Assembly (NCBI GenBank): GCA_022561385.1
Contig: JADFRG010000003.1
Span: forward strand, 66,049 to 130,048
Length of the DNA stretch: 64,000 nt
Reading direction: 5' to 3'
DNA from: Chloroflexota bacterium
Lineage (GTDB): Bacteria; Chloroflexota; Anaerolineae; Anaerolineales; E44-bin32
The notes below the pieces were generated by a model. The model searched no databases. It saw nothing but the letters and a program-made list of their open reading frames with translations, and was not told where the DNA came from. Every line of letters begins with the position of its first letter. Position 1 is the first letter of the stretch. A program made the position numbers and the translations under genes. Positions 9,288 through 18,852 of this stretch are shown here, one piece after another.

Positions 9288-12110
9288 ATGCAAACCCTCG
9301 TTGCGCTAGACATCGAAACCACCGGATTAGACCCCGTAACGGACGCTATTATCGAGATCGGCGCCATCCGCTTTCGCGATTCGCGTGAGGATGGCGAGTG
9401 GAGCCGGCTGGTAAATCCCGGACGACCTCTCTCGCCCTTCATCTCGCGACTGACGGGGATCACCGACGAGATGTTATCGGAAGCACCCAGAATTACAGAA
9501 GTTCTGGCATCGCTCGAGTCCTTTGTGGGGGAGGATCCGATCGTGGGCCACCGGGTCGAGTTCGATCTTGGTTTTCTTCGCCGCAAGGGCTTGTTCGGCG
9601 CCAACTTTCCGCTCGATACTTACGACCTGGCGGCGGTTGTTTTGCCGGATGCCGGGCGCTACAGCCTGGGCGCGTTGGCTAGCCTCCTGAAGGTGCCCTC
9701 GAAAAGCGCACACCGCGCGCTGGACGATGCCAGAACCACCATGCAAGTCTTTCAGCGCCTGTACGATCGCGTGATGGAGCTCCCCTACCCCCTGATAAAG
9801 GTACTAAGCGAGATGGCCGAGCCGATCGAATGGGGCACCGGTTGGGTTTTTGAGGCGGCACTGGACCAGATTGCCGAAGCGGGCGAAGATATGCCGGAAA
9901 CCGGTCGACTCCAGTTTGCCTCATTCGCCTCTCCTCCGACCACAAAACGTGCTTTATCCCCGGCTGACTCGCCGTCCGGTATGGACACCGAGGAACTTGC
10001 GGCGCTTATCGAGCCCGGGGGCGCGCTCGCAGAGGCGATCGAGGGGTATGAACATCGTACGCAGCAAGTTCAGATGCTCAGGGCGGTAAGCGAGGCGTTA
10101 TCGGAAAGTCGCCACTTATTGGTTGAAGCGGGGACGGGGACCGGGAAATCAATGGCTTATCTTATTCCCAGCCTCGAGTGGGCGGAGGCGACCGGATTCC
10201 GGGTGTTGATATCCACGAACACCATCAACCTTCAAGATCAACTGATACACAAGGACATTCCAGATCTACAGAGGGCGCTCGGAAAAGACTATCGGGCCGC
10301 GGTGCTCAAAGGGCGGAGGAATTACCTCTGTCCACGCCGGCTTTCCGCAATCACTCACCTGGGTCCCCGCAACTCGGAAGAGGCGCGGGTCCTGGCAAAG
10401 ATACTAGTCTGGCTGGTCCGCGGGGGTACCGGCGATGTCAGCGAGATCAACATCCGCGGCCCGGTGGAGGCCGCCATCTGGTCTCGACTGTCTGCAGACT
10501 ACGAAGACTGCAGCATGGAAGCCTGTCTGCAGCATACCGGCGGGACCTGCCCCTATTATCGATCCCGTCGGGAGGCGGAAGCCGCGCATGTGGTCATCGT
10601 CAACCATGCACTGCTCCTGGCGGATATCACCACCGGAAACCGCGTGATCCCGGACTATAAATACCTGATTATTGACGAGGGACACCATTTGGAATCGGCG
10701 ACGACACGCGGCCTTCGTTTTGATGTCACGGAGGCCGATCTGATTCGGGTGCTGCGGGAGCTCTCGGGAACCACGATCCGGCGCGTACTCAACCTGGCCA
10801 AGCAGGCTCTCCCGGCCGATCAGTTTGCGGAATTTCGACCTGTAGCAACCACCGTTACCGAGTCCGCGCGCGAGGCTCAACAGTTGACAGCCGGTTTCTT
10901 CGAGCGGCTAACAGAGTTCCTGGACCGCAGACGGGACGGCCGCCCAGTTGGCCGCTACGGTCAACAGGAACGGATATTGCCGTCCACGCGTACGCTCCCC
11001 TTCTGGAGCGAAGTCGAGATCGGATGGGACGAGCTTCGCAGCCCGCTCTCCAAAGTCCTGGATTCTCTGCAGCGTATCGTCTCTGCCTCGGAGGAGATCG
11101 GCGAGCGCGGCCTCGATGCGCCAGCGGAAGGCCCGCTGCAATTCTTGGAGGCCGGCTTATCGGAGGATCTGGCAGTAAGCTTGCGCGCCCTGGCCGATGA
11201 TCTCGCCGAGATCATTTCCAATCTGGACGAGCTGATTTTTGAAGCCGATCCTCAGCGAATTTATTGGCTTGAGCTGCAGCTGGAACCGGGTCGCCTGTCT
11301 ATGCACGCTGCCCCGCTGGATGTCGGGCCCCTGGTCGAGAAGTATCTTTGGCACGAGAAGGAATCGGTGATCCTCACCTCGGCCACCCTGACCACCGCCG
11401 GGGAGTTCGACTACATTCGGCGTCGCCTCAACGCGGACGATGCTGACGAGCTGTCCCTGGGTTCACCCTTCGACTATGAGAGCTCAACCCTCCTGTATCT
11501 GATCGATGACATACCGGAGCCCAAGGAGAACCGGACCTATCAGGCGGCTCTCGAGCGCGGCCTGATCTCCCTTTGTCGGGCCACGGGCGGTCGCACGCTT
11601 GTGCTCTTCACCTCCAACATGCAACTCATGACCACCGCGCGGGCAATTTCCGCGCCACTCGCCGAGCAGGGCATCTTAGTGCTGGAGCAAAGCGCCGGAG
11701 CCTCCCGCCATGCACTGTTGGAGACTTTTCGATCCACCGAGCAAGCCGTACTCCTGGGTTCGAGATCTTTCTGGGAAGGGGTGGATATTCCGGGCGATGC
11801 TTTGTCGGTCCTGGCCATTGTGCGTCTTCCGTTCGATGTGCCCAGCGATCCGATTATCGCGGCCCGGGCCGAAACCTACGAGAACTCGTTCAGCGAATAC
11901 TCGTTGCCGGAGGCCATCCTTCGTTTTCGGCAGGGGTTCGGTCGCCTGATCCGTACGCGTGCCGACCGGGGGGTTGTTGTGAGCTTCGATTCCCGCTTGC
12001 TCACCAAGAGCTACGGCCGCGCCTTCATTGACTCCCTGCCACACATGACTCAGCACGTCGGTCCCCTGAGCGACCTCCCGGGGCGGGCGACGCGCTGGTT
12101 GGGGATCTAG
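9288..12110 (+). CDS. dinG: DnaQ-like 3'-5' exonuclease fused to a DinG-family ATP-dependent helicase
   Basis: Exo motifs DIETTGLD and HRALDDA. Helicase Walker A GTGTGKS and DEGHHL box. 940 aa. Confidence 0.85.
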   Translation: MQTLVALDIETTGLDPVTDAIIEIGAIRFRDSREDGEWSRLVNPGRPLSPFISRLTGITDEMLSEAPRITEVLASLESFVGEDPIVGHRVEFDLGFLRRKGLFGANFPLDTYDLAAVVLPDAGRYSLGALASLLKVPSKSAHRALDDARTTMQVFQRLYDRVMELPYPLIKVLSEMAEPIEWGTGWVFEAALDQIAEAGEDMPETGRLQFASFASPPTTKRALSPADSPSGMDTEELAALIEPGGALAEAIEGYEHRTQQVQMLRAVSEALSESRHLLVEAGTGTGKSMAYLIPSLEWAEATGFRVLISTNTINLQDQLIHKDIPDLQRALGKDYRAAVLKGRRNYLCPRRLSAITHLGPRNSEEARVLAKILVWLVRGGTGDVSEINIRGPVEAAIWSRLSADYEDCSMEACLQHTGGTCPYYRSRREAEAAHVVIVNHALLLADITTGNRVIPDYKYLIIDEGHHLESATTRGLRFDVTEADLIRVLRELSGTTIRRVLNLAKQALPADQFAEFRPVATTVTESAREAQQLTAGFFERLTEFLDRRRDGRPVGRYGQQERILPSTRTLPFWSEVEIGWDELRSPLSKVLDSLQRIVSASEEIGERGLDAPAEGPLQFLEAGLSEDLAVSLRALADDLAEIISNLDELIFEADPQRIYWLELQLEPGRLSMHAAPLDVGPLVEKYLWHEKESVILTSATLTTAGEFDYIRRRLNADDADELSLGSPFDYESSTLLYLIDDIPEPKENRTYQAALERGLISLCRATGGRTLVLFTSNMQLMTTARAISAPLAEQGILVLEQSAGASRHALLETFRSTEQAVLLGSRSFWEGVDIPGDALSVLAIVRLPFDVPSDPIIAARAETYENSFSEYSLPEAILRFRQGFGRLIRTRADRGVVVSFDSRLLTKSYGRAFIDSLPHMTQHVGPLSDLPGRATRWLGI

Positions 12111-12239
12111 TCGAACATCCCCGGCTGCTGCCTGGCCCCTTATACATCCCCTCTGGTCTCAAGAAGTCAACACAACGATCCGCCTGTCTCGAAATAAGGG
12201 CGACCGCTGCTGCCCAGCCGCGCTATAATCCGAGCCGCC

Positions 12240-12797
12240 ATGATTGACGTCAACGAACTTCGGAGCGGGATCACCTTCGAGTTGGACGGACAAATATACA
12301 AGGTGATCGAATACGCACATCACAAACCCGGTCGCGGCAAGGCCACCATTCGAACCAAAGTGCGCGATCTTCGCAGCGGCACGCTGTTGGAGAAAACCTT
12401 CAATTCCAGCGATCGGGTTCAGGATATCCGCCTCGACTATAGGACCGCCCAATATCTTTATCGCGAGGGCGATCTATTCACCTTCATGGACATCGATAAC
12501 TACGAACAGCCGACGCTCGACGCTTCGGTTCTCGGGGATGCGGTTCAGTACTTGACCGAGGGATTGGAAGTCAAACTAACTTTCAACGGCGATGAGCCGC
12601 TCGAAGTCGAATTGCCAACCGCGGTGGACCTCAAAGTTACAGAAGCCCAAACCGGCGTAAAGGGCGACACCGCCACGGGAGCCACAAAACTTGTTACCAC
12701 CGAAACCGGCGTCAAAGTGCAAGTTCCCCTGTTCGTCGAGGCCGGCAATACCATCCGAATCGACACTCGCAGCGGTGAGTATCTCACGCGTGTGTGA
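12240..12797 (+). CDS. efp: elongation factor P (Arg at loop tip: KPGRGKA)
   Basis: 185 aa, full-length EF-P similarity. The beta3-beta4 loop is HKPGRGKATIRTK, with R32 where E. coli has K34. Confidence 0.95.
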   Translation: MIDVNELRSGITFELDGQIYKVIEYAHHKPGRGKATIRTKVRDLRSGTLLEKTFNSSDRVQDIRLDYRTAQYLYREGDLFTFMDIDNYEQPTLDASVLGDAVQYLTEGLEVKLTFNGDEPLEVELPTAVDLKVTEAQTGVKGDTATGATKLVTTETGVKVQVPLFVEAGNTIRIDTRSGEYLTRV

Positions 12798-13012
12798 CGC
12801 TTCTCCTTAACCAGGGGCTAACACACCGCCAGCACACTCTTGCTATAATTTCCCCGGCTAGGAGTGGAAAGATTCTAGGACCAATCGGCATCAGTATTCG
12901 GTCCCGGCCCTCACCGGCGCTCGGTCGATCCGAGAGCCCGTCAGCGGCACACATGGGGGACTACATATTTCAGGCCCGCTAGACGGACCTGAAAGAATTG
13001 GGGTATTTGGCT

Positions 13013-13357
13013 ATGCGCACACCGGCAGGATCAGAGTGCCCGTACTATTATGAGGATTATCACCGCGGCCGGGAGCGGCAAGAGTGTCGTCTGATCAATG
13101 ATTCGCCCAACGGCGGGAGGTGGGCTCCGGACCTATGCGGAAAGTGCCACGTCCCGCGCATCGCCATGGCGAACGCCTGCCCTAATCTAGTGCTGGAAGC
13201 CAAGGCGAAATTGGGCGTGCTTGGATTTGGCCGAGGCGTGGCGGTTTCCTCTTCATGCCTGCACACCGCCAAGCCGGTGGAGGTACCGGAGATTGGATGT
13301 GGCCACTGTCACGAGTTTCTCGATTTTTCGGTCGGTAACGACCCCTCGCCTTCCTGA
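13013..13357 (+). CDS. Cys-rich hypothetical protein
   Basis: ORF with 9 Cys including CGKCH and CGHCH. Start at ATG 13013 is preferred over TTG 12998. Confidence 0.5.
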   Translation: MRTPAGSECPYYYEDYHRGRERQECRLINDSPNGGRWAPDLCGKCHVPRIAMANACPNLVLEAKAKLGVLGFGRGVAVSSSCLHTAKPVEVPEIGCGHCHEFLDFSVGNDPSPS

Positions 13358-13388
13358 GTTCACCTCAACCTGCTCTTAATTTGTTGCC

Positions 13389-15059
13389 TCAGTCCTTAGG
13401 CTTCTTGCCACCGCCGCGTCCGGATTTATTGCGTAAATCGGCGCGCACGCAGCTCCAGCTTCCTCCGCAAATGTCATCGTAGAGCGACTGAACTTCGGAT
13501 TCGCTTACTCCATACTGCTTGGCCAGACGTGCCGCAGTATTTTGCCCATGATCCGGATTGTCCTCGGAATGCGACTGGCTCCGCAGTTCTTTGCGAACGC
13601 AGCCCCAGTCTTGTGCGCACGTCCCATGGTAGAGATCGAGAACTTCCTGGTCGCTCACGTCATACCGCGCCGCCAGCTGATCGGCCGTTCGTTCGAGTCG
13701 CTCCTGGCCTCTGTTCGATCGGTCCTCTTCTCGGTCCGTTCGCTCCTCGTCTCGCACCTGCTCACGCGTATCTCGGATGCCGGTGTCCAGGACAGACATC
13801 CAGTCGCCGTCATCCGCCAGTCGCTGCGCCTTCCCAATCTCGCCCCAGCTGTAACCGGCGGTATGGGCCTCGGCGACTTGGATCCAATCGGAGTCGGACC
13901 GTTCGGCCAGCCGCGCGGCGTGGGTCAGCTCCTGGAGCGAAACACCTTCTGCTAGATAAGTATCGAGCTGATCCGGATCTAGCTCCAGGTCTTGAGCGGT
14001 GCGATAAAAACGCCCCAGCTCGCCCGGCGACATGCCGTCCCCCAATCGGGCGAGCGCGTCATCGAAATCGGCCTCATAGCGCAGGACCGAACGAACGGAA
14101 TGGCGAATCTCGCCGATCGTAGCATCGCCGCTGATCACGAGCCCGACCAGCTCGCGAATTCCATGTTCTCCAAGTAATTCGGCAAATCGATTGAGCTGGG
14201 TCAAGCCGCCCCAGCCGTTCCCGTCCAGTTTCCAGTCGCGGATTTCTTCCCAGGTGAGATCCTCGATGATCTGGGCTAACTTGTAAGCATGCCACAGGCG
14301 CCCAAAGCCGAGCTGGGATCCGGTCAGTCCTCCGCGGACCATGTCAAATATGTCCTCGCAGGTGTACAGCTGCTCCGCCTGGCTAGGAAAGAGCATGCTC
14401 ACGCCGTCTGCGATGCGCTGCGCCATTGGGTGACATGCCTCCTCATCCGGATCGATTACAACAATAGGAAGCGTGTCCGATCCCATCAGACCGCAATCGT
14501 CGGTTACCTGAACTGACGCCTGGTATTTCCCCACCGCGGTGTAGGTGAATGAAGCGGCTCCGCTCCCATCAGCCGGGTCGGCTGACCCGTCGCCGTCGAG
14601 ATCCCAAGTGAAGGCGTAAGGTCCGATCCCACCGCTGACCTCGGTTGAGAAATTCACCGTGGCCTGGCCATTCTCGAGAACAACCATAGGCGGGAAGGGC
14701 TCACTCGTGAGCGTGACGACCGGCCCGTCGATAACGATCGTCCCGGTGACCTCCGCCGTGGCGTTAGCGGAGTCGGTGGACGACAGCGTCCAAACGTACT
14801 CCCCAGACGCGGGGTACATGTGGTCCACTGTGACCGGAAAGCCGTCGATGTCGGTCTGAAGGGGAATATCCTCATCACCGAAGCCCCAACTCAGGTTGTA
14901 CGGGCCGGTGCCCCCTTCGGCAGTAGCCGTCAGAGTAGCCTTGTCGCAGCTTACGGACGTTTCCACCCGCAGGCTAAACCCATCCTGCGCCGCTGCGGAA
15001 GCTGGGGCTAGCACCAGCATGATTGTCAGTACACCTGCAATCAGACGATGAGTGAGCAT
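13389..15059 (-). CDS. secreted PKD-domain protein with helical repeat region and twin Cys-containing C-terminal repeats
   Basis: Signal peptide MLTHRLIAGVLTIMLVLAPASAAAQ. PKD-like motifs (WGFGDED, WDLDGDGSAD...YTAVGKYQASVQVTDDCG). Two C-terminal repeats of pattern Y(D/G)VS.xEV..LY...C...W.CVR..LR. Confidence 0.7.
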   Translation of the reverse strand: MLTHRLIAGVLTIMLVLAPASAAAQDGFSLRVETSVSCDKATLTATAEGGTGPYNLSWGFGDEDIPLQTDIDGFPVTVDHMYPASGEYVWTLSSTDSANATAEVTGTIVIDGPVVTLTSEPFPPMVVLENGQATVNFSTEVSGGIGPYAFTWDLDGDGSADPADGSGAASFTYTAVGKYQASVQVTDDCGLMGSDTLPIVVIDPDEEACHPMAQRIADGVSMLFPSQAEQLYTCEDIFDMVRGGLTGSQLGFGRLWHAYKLAQIIEDLTWEEIRDWKLDGNGWGGLTQLNRFAELLGEHGIRELVGLVISGDATIGEIRHSVRSVLRYEADFDDALARLGDGMSPGELGRFYRTAQDLELDPDQLDTYLAEGVSLQELTHAARLAERSDSDWIQVAEAHTAGYSWGEIGKAQRLADDGDWMSVLDTGIRDTREQVRDEERTDREEDRSNRGQERLERTADQLAARYDVSDQEVLDLYHGTCAQDWGCVRKELRSQSHSEDNPDHGQNTAARLAKQYGVSESEVQSLYDDICGGSWSCVRADLRNKSGRGGGKKPKD

Positions 15060-15246
15060 TTCAAATCCTCCTATATGCGACGCGGGTTTTGTTCTACACA
15101 GGCTAACGGGGGATGATGGCGGCCGTTACACATGCGTTCAGTACCTTCGGACTATCGCCGGCAACTCGATCGTTGCGGGTATTCGGCCCTATTTACGGGC
15201 GGCGATACCCGTATGTCTGGTCGCTTAGCAGTTGCAGTGCTCGTGC

Positions 15247-16668
15247 TTACGGTGTCGGTGTGCAGTAGTTCGGGTGTCCCGGGTCTTCCTTGCATTTCTT
15301 CGGGTTCTCAGTGGGCGCTGCCGTAGGTGGAGGCGGAGTGTCGGTCGGCGCGGGTGGCAGAGTGTTTGTCGGCAGCAGCGTGGCGGTGGGCGGAGGTGGA
15401 GTGTCGGTCGTTGGCGGAGGCGTATCTGACGCAGGTAGGGTAGCGCTGGGGAGAGGCGTCGCAGTGGCGGCAAGTGCCTCGTCCGTCGCCAGAGCCGACG
15501 ACGCTGTGGTCGGATCCTGGTTCGCTTGAGCGGGCTGGCTCGCCGCGACCTCTGGCGATGGGTCCATTTCCGGCGGGAGGACCTCCCCGGTGTCGTTCCC
15601 GGAAGGTTCGATCAGCGAGGGGTCCTGCGTGGGCAGTGGAACACCAGCTTCCAGAGAATGGGGGGCATCCGCGGAATCGGTCGCTTTGGTAAGCCGTTCG
15701 CCGGGCAGTTTTATCAGGCCGGCCGAATAGGCGGGGATAGTCCCCGCGAGCCCCAGCAGCAGGATCAGCACGGCGGCCAAACCAGGTCGAAGACGGCGAG
15801 AACGCCTGATCGGCGCCGGCTTGGGTTTCGGATCGACAACGGGTTGCACGGTACCGAGTGCGATCTGGAGTGCCCGATTGGCCTCAGCAACCGACGCGAA
15901 TCGATGAGAGGGTTCAACCGAAATAGCCTTTGCCAGTACCCGCGAGGCTCGTTCGTTTAGGTCGGATTGATTCGCTCGACTGTGCCCCTCAACCGATCGC
16001 TCTCGCAGTGCTGCCAGCGCCTGTCCCGCAGGGTTGCCCGAAAGCAGCTCCAGGGCCAGAACGCCGAAGGAGTATTGGTCTGAGGCCGGGGTGGCAGGCT
16101 GGCCAGCGGTTATCTCGGGCGCGCGGTAGATTTCCCGCTCGCCAGATGAATGGAGAGATTGAACGGCCGATTGACCGAGACCGATTAGTCTTAGATCCCC
16201 GCTCTCCTCATCGAAGAGCAGTTGCGATGGATCCAGCGCCCCATGGTGAACACCGTGGGCGTGGGCATACTCAAGGACTTCTGCTAGCTCCTTCACAAGC
16301 ACCTCCGGAAGGAGCGAGGAGGCTAGCCCCGCTTCGAGCCGATCGGATAAGCTTCCGGCCGTGTAGTAGGGCACCACGATGTACGGGTGGCCCTCAACAA
16401 CGCCTGATGCCAGGGTCGGCGGCACCCGCGCATGCCGCAGCCTGGAAACGGCATTCAGGCCGCTACGCAACCGTGACAATGTGTCGCTGGCGCTTGAGGA
16501 CAGCGAAAAGACCTTGACAGCCACTGGATTCTGGCCGCCCTGTGAGTCGGCCAGGTACACCCGCGCGCCCGACCTGCCCCTCGGCTCTTGAAGCGTAGCG
16601 CCGGCCGGTCCATGGATCAGCTCAACGATCCGATATCCATGGATGGTTTGTCCAAGCAAACTGGCCAT
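15247..16668 (-). CDS. membrane-anchored Hanks-type pseudokinase with Pro/Thr-rich extracellular tail
   Basis: Kinase fold is recognisable (VAVKVF, YRAPE, DQYSFGVLALELLSG). The catalytic HRDLKPxN is HHGALDPSQ, DFG is GLG, and the Gly loop is degenerate. TM segment LAAVLILLLGLAGTIPAY. Tail carries PTDTPPPPTA-type repeats. Confidence 0.7.
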   Translation of the reverse strand: MASLLGQTIHGYRIVELIHGPAGATLQEPRGRSGARVYLADSQGGQNPVAVKVFSLSSSASDTLSRLRSGLNAVSRLRHARVPPTLASGVVEGHPYIVVPYYTAGSLSDRLEAGLASSLLPEVLVKELAEVLEYAHAHGVHHGALDPSQLLFDEESGDLRLIGLGQSAVQSLHSSGEREIYRAPEITAGQPATPASDQYSFGVLALELLSGNPAGQALAALRERSVEGHSRANQSDLNERASRVLAKAISVEPSHRFASVAEANRALQIALGTVQPVVDPKPKPAPIRRSRRLRPGLAAVLILLLGLAGTIPAYSAGLIKLPGERLTKATDSADAPHSLEAGVPLPTQDPSLIEPSGNDTGEVLPPEMDPSPEVAASQPAQANQDPTTASSALATDEALAATATPLPSATLPASDTPPPTTDTPPPPTATLLPTNTLPPAPTDTPPPPTAAPTENPKKCKEDPGHPNYCTPTP

Positions 16669-17006
16669 CTCGATTCTGAAGCGCTTTCCTCACGCGAAGC
16701 TGTGCAACCCGATCCCGCACCATAGGGGTCACGGCTGCCCCGCGCTTGCGCAGAGCTTCGGGGGCGATGATAAGAATGACGTCCGTTTCCTATTCCCTAG
16801 AACCGGGGGTGTGAGGTAGCGTTACAGAGCGCGCGCATGACCTATATCCCAGCGTCAAGGTGACCATTGAAACGGGACGCTCGACGGGAACCTGGCTTCA
16901 GAGCGACCGGCCTCCGCAAATGCATGTAATGCATGTATTGGGCTAACGGGCTAGCACGATCCGCGCCCGCCTTCGGGTGTAACAGATCGTCCGGCACATC
17001 GTTGTC

Positions 17007-17558
17007 ATGAGCAAAGTCGAGATTCCTTCACCCAGCGACGCCGAACTCATCGCCCGTGCTCAATCCGGGGATGAGGAGGCTTTCGGAGATTTATATGTAC
17101 GGTATCTCGATCCGATTTATCGTTACCTTCGAATCAAAGTCGATGAAGCCGCGGACGCGGAGGACCTTTGTGAGGCAGTTTTCTTGCGCACGTTCGAAGC
17201 CTTAGACCGATATCAAGAGCGCGGCCACCCTTTTTCTGCCTACCTGTATCAGGTAGCGCGCAGTCAGCTGGCCGATTTCTACCGGACGCATGTAGTCGGT
17301 GTTGACCTCGAGCAGGTACCGGAACCTGCCGCCGAGGATGCGGATCCGGAGGCCACCTATGCGCAGCATGAGCAGGCGCTGGATGCCGTTCGATCGCTGG
17401 GCAAATTGCGTGAAGACTATCAGGAGGTAATTCGGTTGCGGGTCGTCCTTGAGCTTCCAACTTCGACGGTGGCGTTATGGATGGATCGAAGCCCGGGCGC
17501 GGTGCGGGTGCTGCTGCACCGTGCCCTGATCGAGCTACGAAAGGAACTCGATGAGTAA
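17007..17558 (+). CDS. ECF-type RNA polymerase sigma factor
   Basis: Region 2 (FGDLYVRYLDPIYRYLRIKV...AYLYQVARSQLADFYR) and region 4 (LPTSTVALWMDRSPGAVRVLLHRAL). Confidence 0.85.
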   Translation: MSKVEIPSPSDAELIARAQSGDEEAFGDLYVRYLDPIYRYLRIKVDEAADAEDLCEAVFLRTFEALDRYQERGHPFSAYLYQVARSQLADFYRTHVVGVDLEQVPEPAAEDADPEATYAQHEQALDAVRSLGKLREDYQEVIRLRVVLELPTSTVALWMDRSPGAVRVLLHRALIELRKELDE

Positions 17559-18468
17559 GATGGAGCCCGACGTTCTCGATCGCTGCCTGCTTCGGATTCA
17601 GAGCGGCCAGGCGACGCTTGAAGAATGTCTTATTGATAATCCTGAGCATGCCCAGGAACTCGAGGCGCTCCTTCGAGTCGCGGCAGTGACACGCGCACAA
17701 TTGACCCCTGCGGGGCCTTCGCCGGCATTTCGAATAAATTCCCCCAAGAGAGTGATGAATCTGGCCAGGGCGCGGCGGAAGGCATCCGTAATGGCACCTC
17801 GAAGTCGCCCCAAGATAACCCGGCAGCCGGCTTTCCGTCTGGTCGGTGCCCTGGTCGCCGTGGCACTGCTTGTTGGAAGTGTGGGAGTCGCCTACGCGTC
17901 GGCTGACGCGCTCCCCGGGGACAATTTGTACGGCATCAAACGTGGGCTTGAGCGTGCGGCACTGGTCGTCAGCCTCAGCGCGGAGGGCGATGCCGAGCTC
18001 TGGCTGGAACAGGCCGACCGAAGAATCGCCGAGGTGGAAGAGCTGGTGCGGCGTGGGCGCGGGAAAGATGTCGGGCTCGCGCTGGCAGGCTACGAGAATG
18101 CGGTGCGCGAGGGATTGGAGATCGCCTCCGAGCAGGGCGTCGGCCTGAGCGATCTCGGCGCTGCGCTCAGCAAACATGAGCAGACGCTGATCGAGGTGTT
18201 GGAGAAAGCTCCCGAACAGGCAGCTCCGGCCCTCAGCCGCGCGCTTGAGCGCTCAAAGTCCGGGCGGGAAGAGATTAAGCAGATCCGGAAGGAGGGTCAG
18301 CACCCAAGCGACCCGACTCCTGGGCCGCAGAAGAAGACTCCTAAGCCGAAAAAGGAAGCGACCGAACTTCCTCCAGGCCAGCAGAAAATAGATGAAGCGC
18401 GGGAACGCGGCTTGCCCGCCGGCCAACTCAAGAAGACTGAGACGGCAAAATCGAACGGGTCTGATTGA
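17551..18468 (+). CDS. putative anti-sigma factor, single TM, DUF5667-like extracytoplasmic helical domain
   Basis: 8-nt overlap with the sigma gene. TM segment FRLVGALVAVALLVGSVGVAYA. PGDNLYGIKRGLE is typical of DUF5667 (recognised from memory). Confidence 0.6.
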   Translation: MSKMEPDVLDRCLLRIQSGQATLEECLIDNPEHAQELEALLRVAAVTRAQLTPAGPSPAFRINSPKRVMNLARARRKASVMAPRSRPKITRQPAFRLVGALVAVALLVGSVGVAYASADALPGDNLYGIKRGLERAALVVSLSAEGDAELWLEQADRRIAEVEELVRRGRGKDVGLALAGYENAVREGLEIASEQGVGLSDLGAALSKHEQTLIEVLEKAPEQAAPALSRALERSKSGREEIKQIRKEGQHPSDPTPGPQKKTPKPKKEATELPPGQQKIDEARERGLPAGQLKKTETAKSNGSD

Positions 18469-18852
18469 GGCGTGAGGCCGACCTTCGCTGAGGGCCTCGG
18501 CAGCGAACGTAGTTGTGTTTGCGCTCCCTCTTCCCGCGTACCAGACAGAGCAATCGCAGCGCCCCAGTTCCGCGGAGATTTTGGTGACATGTCGGTCAGG
18601 CATCACCTTGAACGACGCGTGAGCGGCCAACCTGCAAGCCATTGGTACCAGTCCTGGATTGACGGGGTCGGACTGTCAGCCCGGTCGCCCTCTGGGCCCA
18701 GGGATCTGCCTTCTCCACAGTGCCTCACTCGCTGCATGAAATGAGATCAGGATGTGCGGCGGCTGGGCTGGTCAACCGGGCGTAGGCATCTACTCCTCGT
18801 TCCACCGTCGGCCGGAGCGCGGCGGAGGCCTAGAGGAGTTCACGGAGTGAAG

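Noticed and set aside
16978-17003. ECF-type autoregulatory promoter (TGTAAC-16 nt-CGTT) in front of the second ECF sigma gene.
   Set aside because: The CGTT ends only 3 nt before the ATG (17007), too close for a transcription start at or before the start codon. No alternative downstream start exists.
17134-18177. 347-aa minus-strand ORF, the longest unexplained ORF in the track.
   Set aside because: It is antisense to the well-supported ECF sigma and anti-sigma genes. The product is Arg/Pro/Gly-rich low complexity without motifs. This is a typical shadow ORF of GC-rich DNA.
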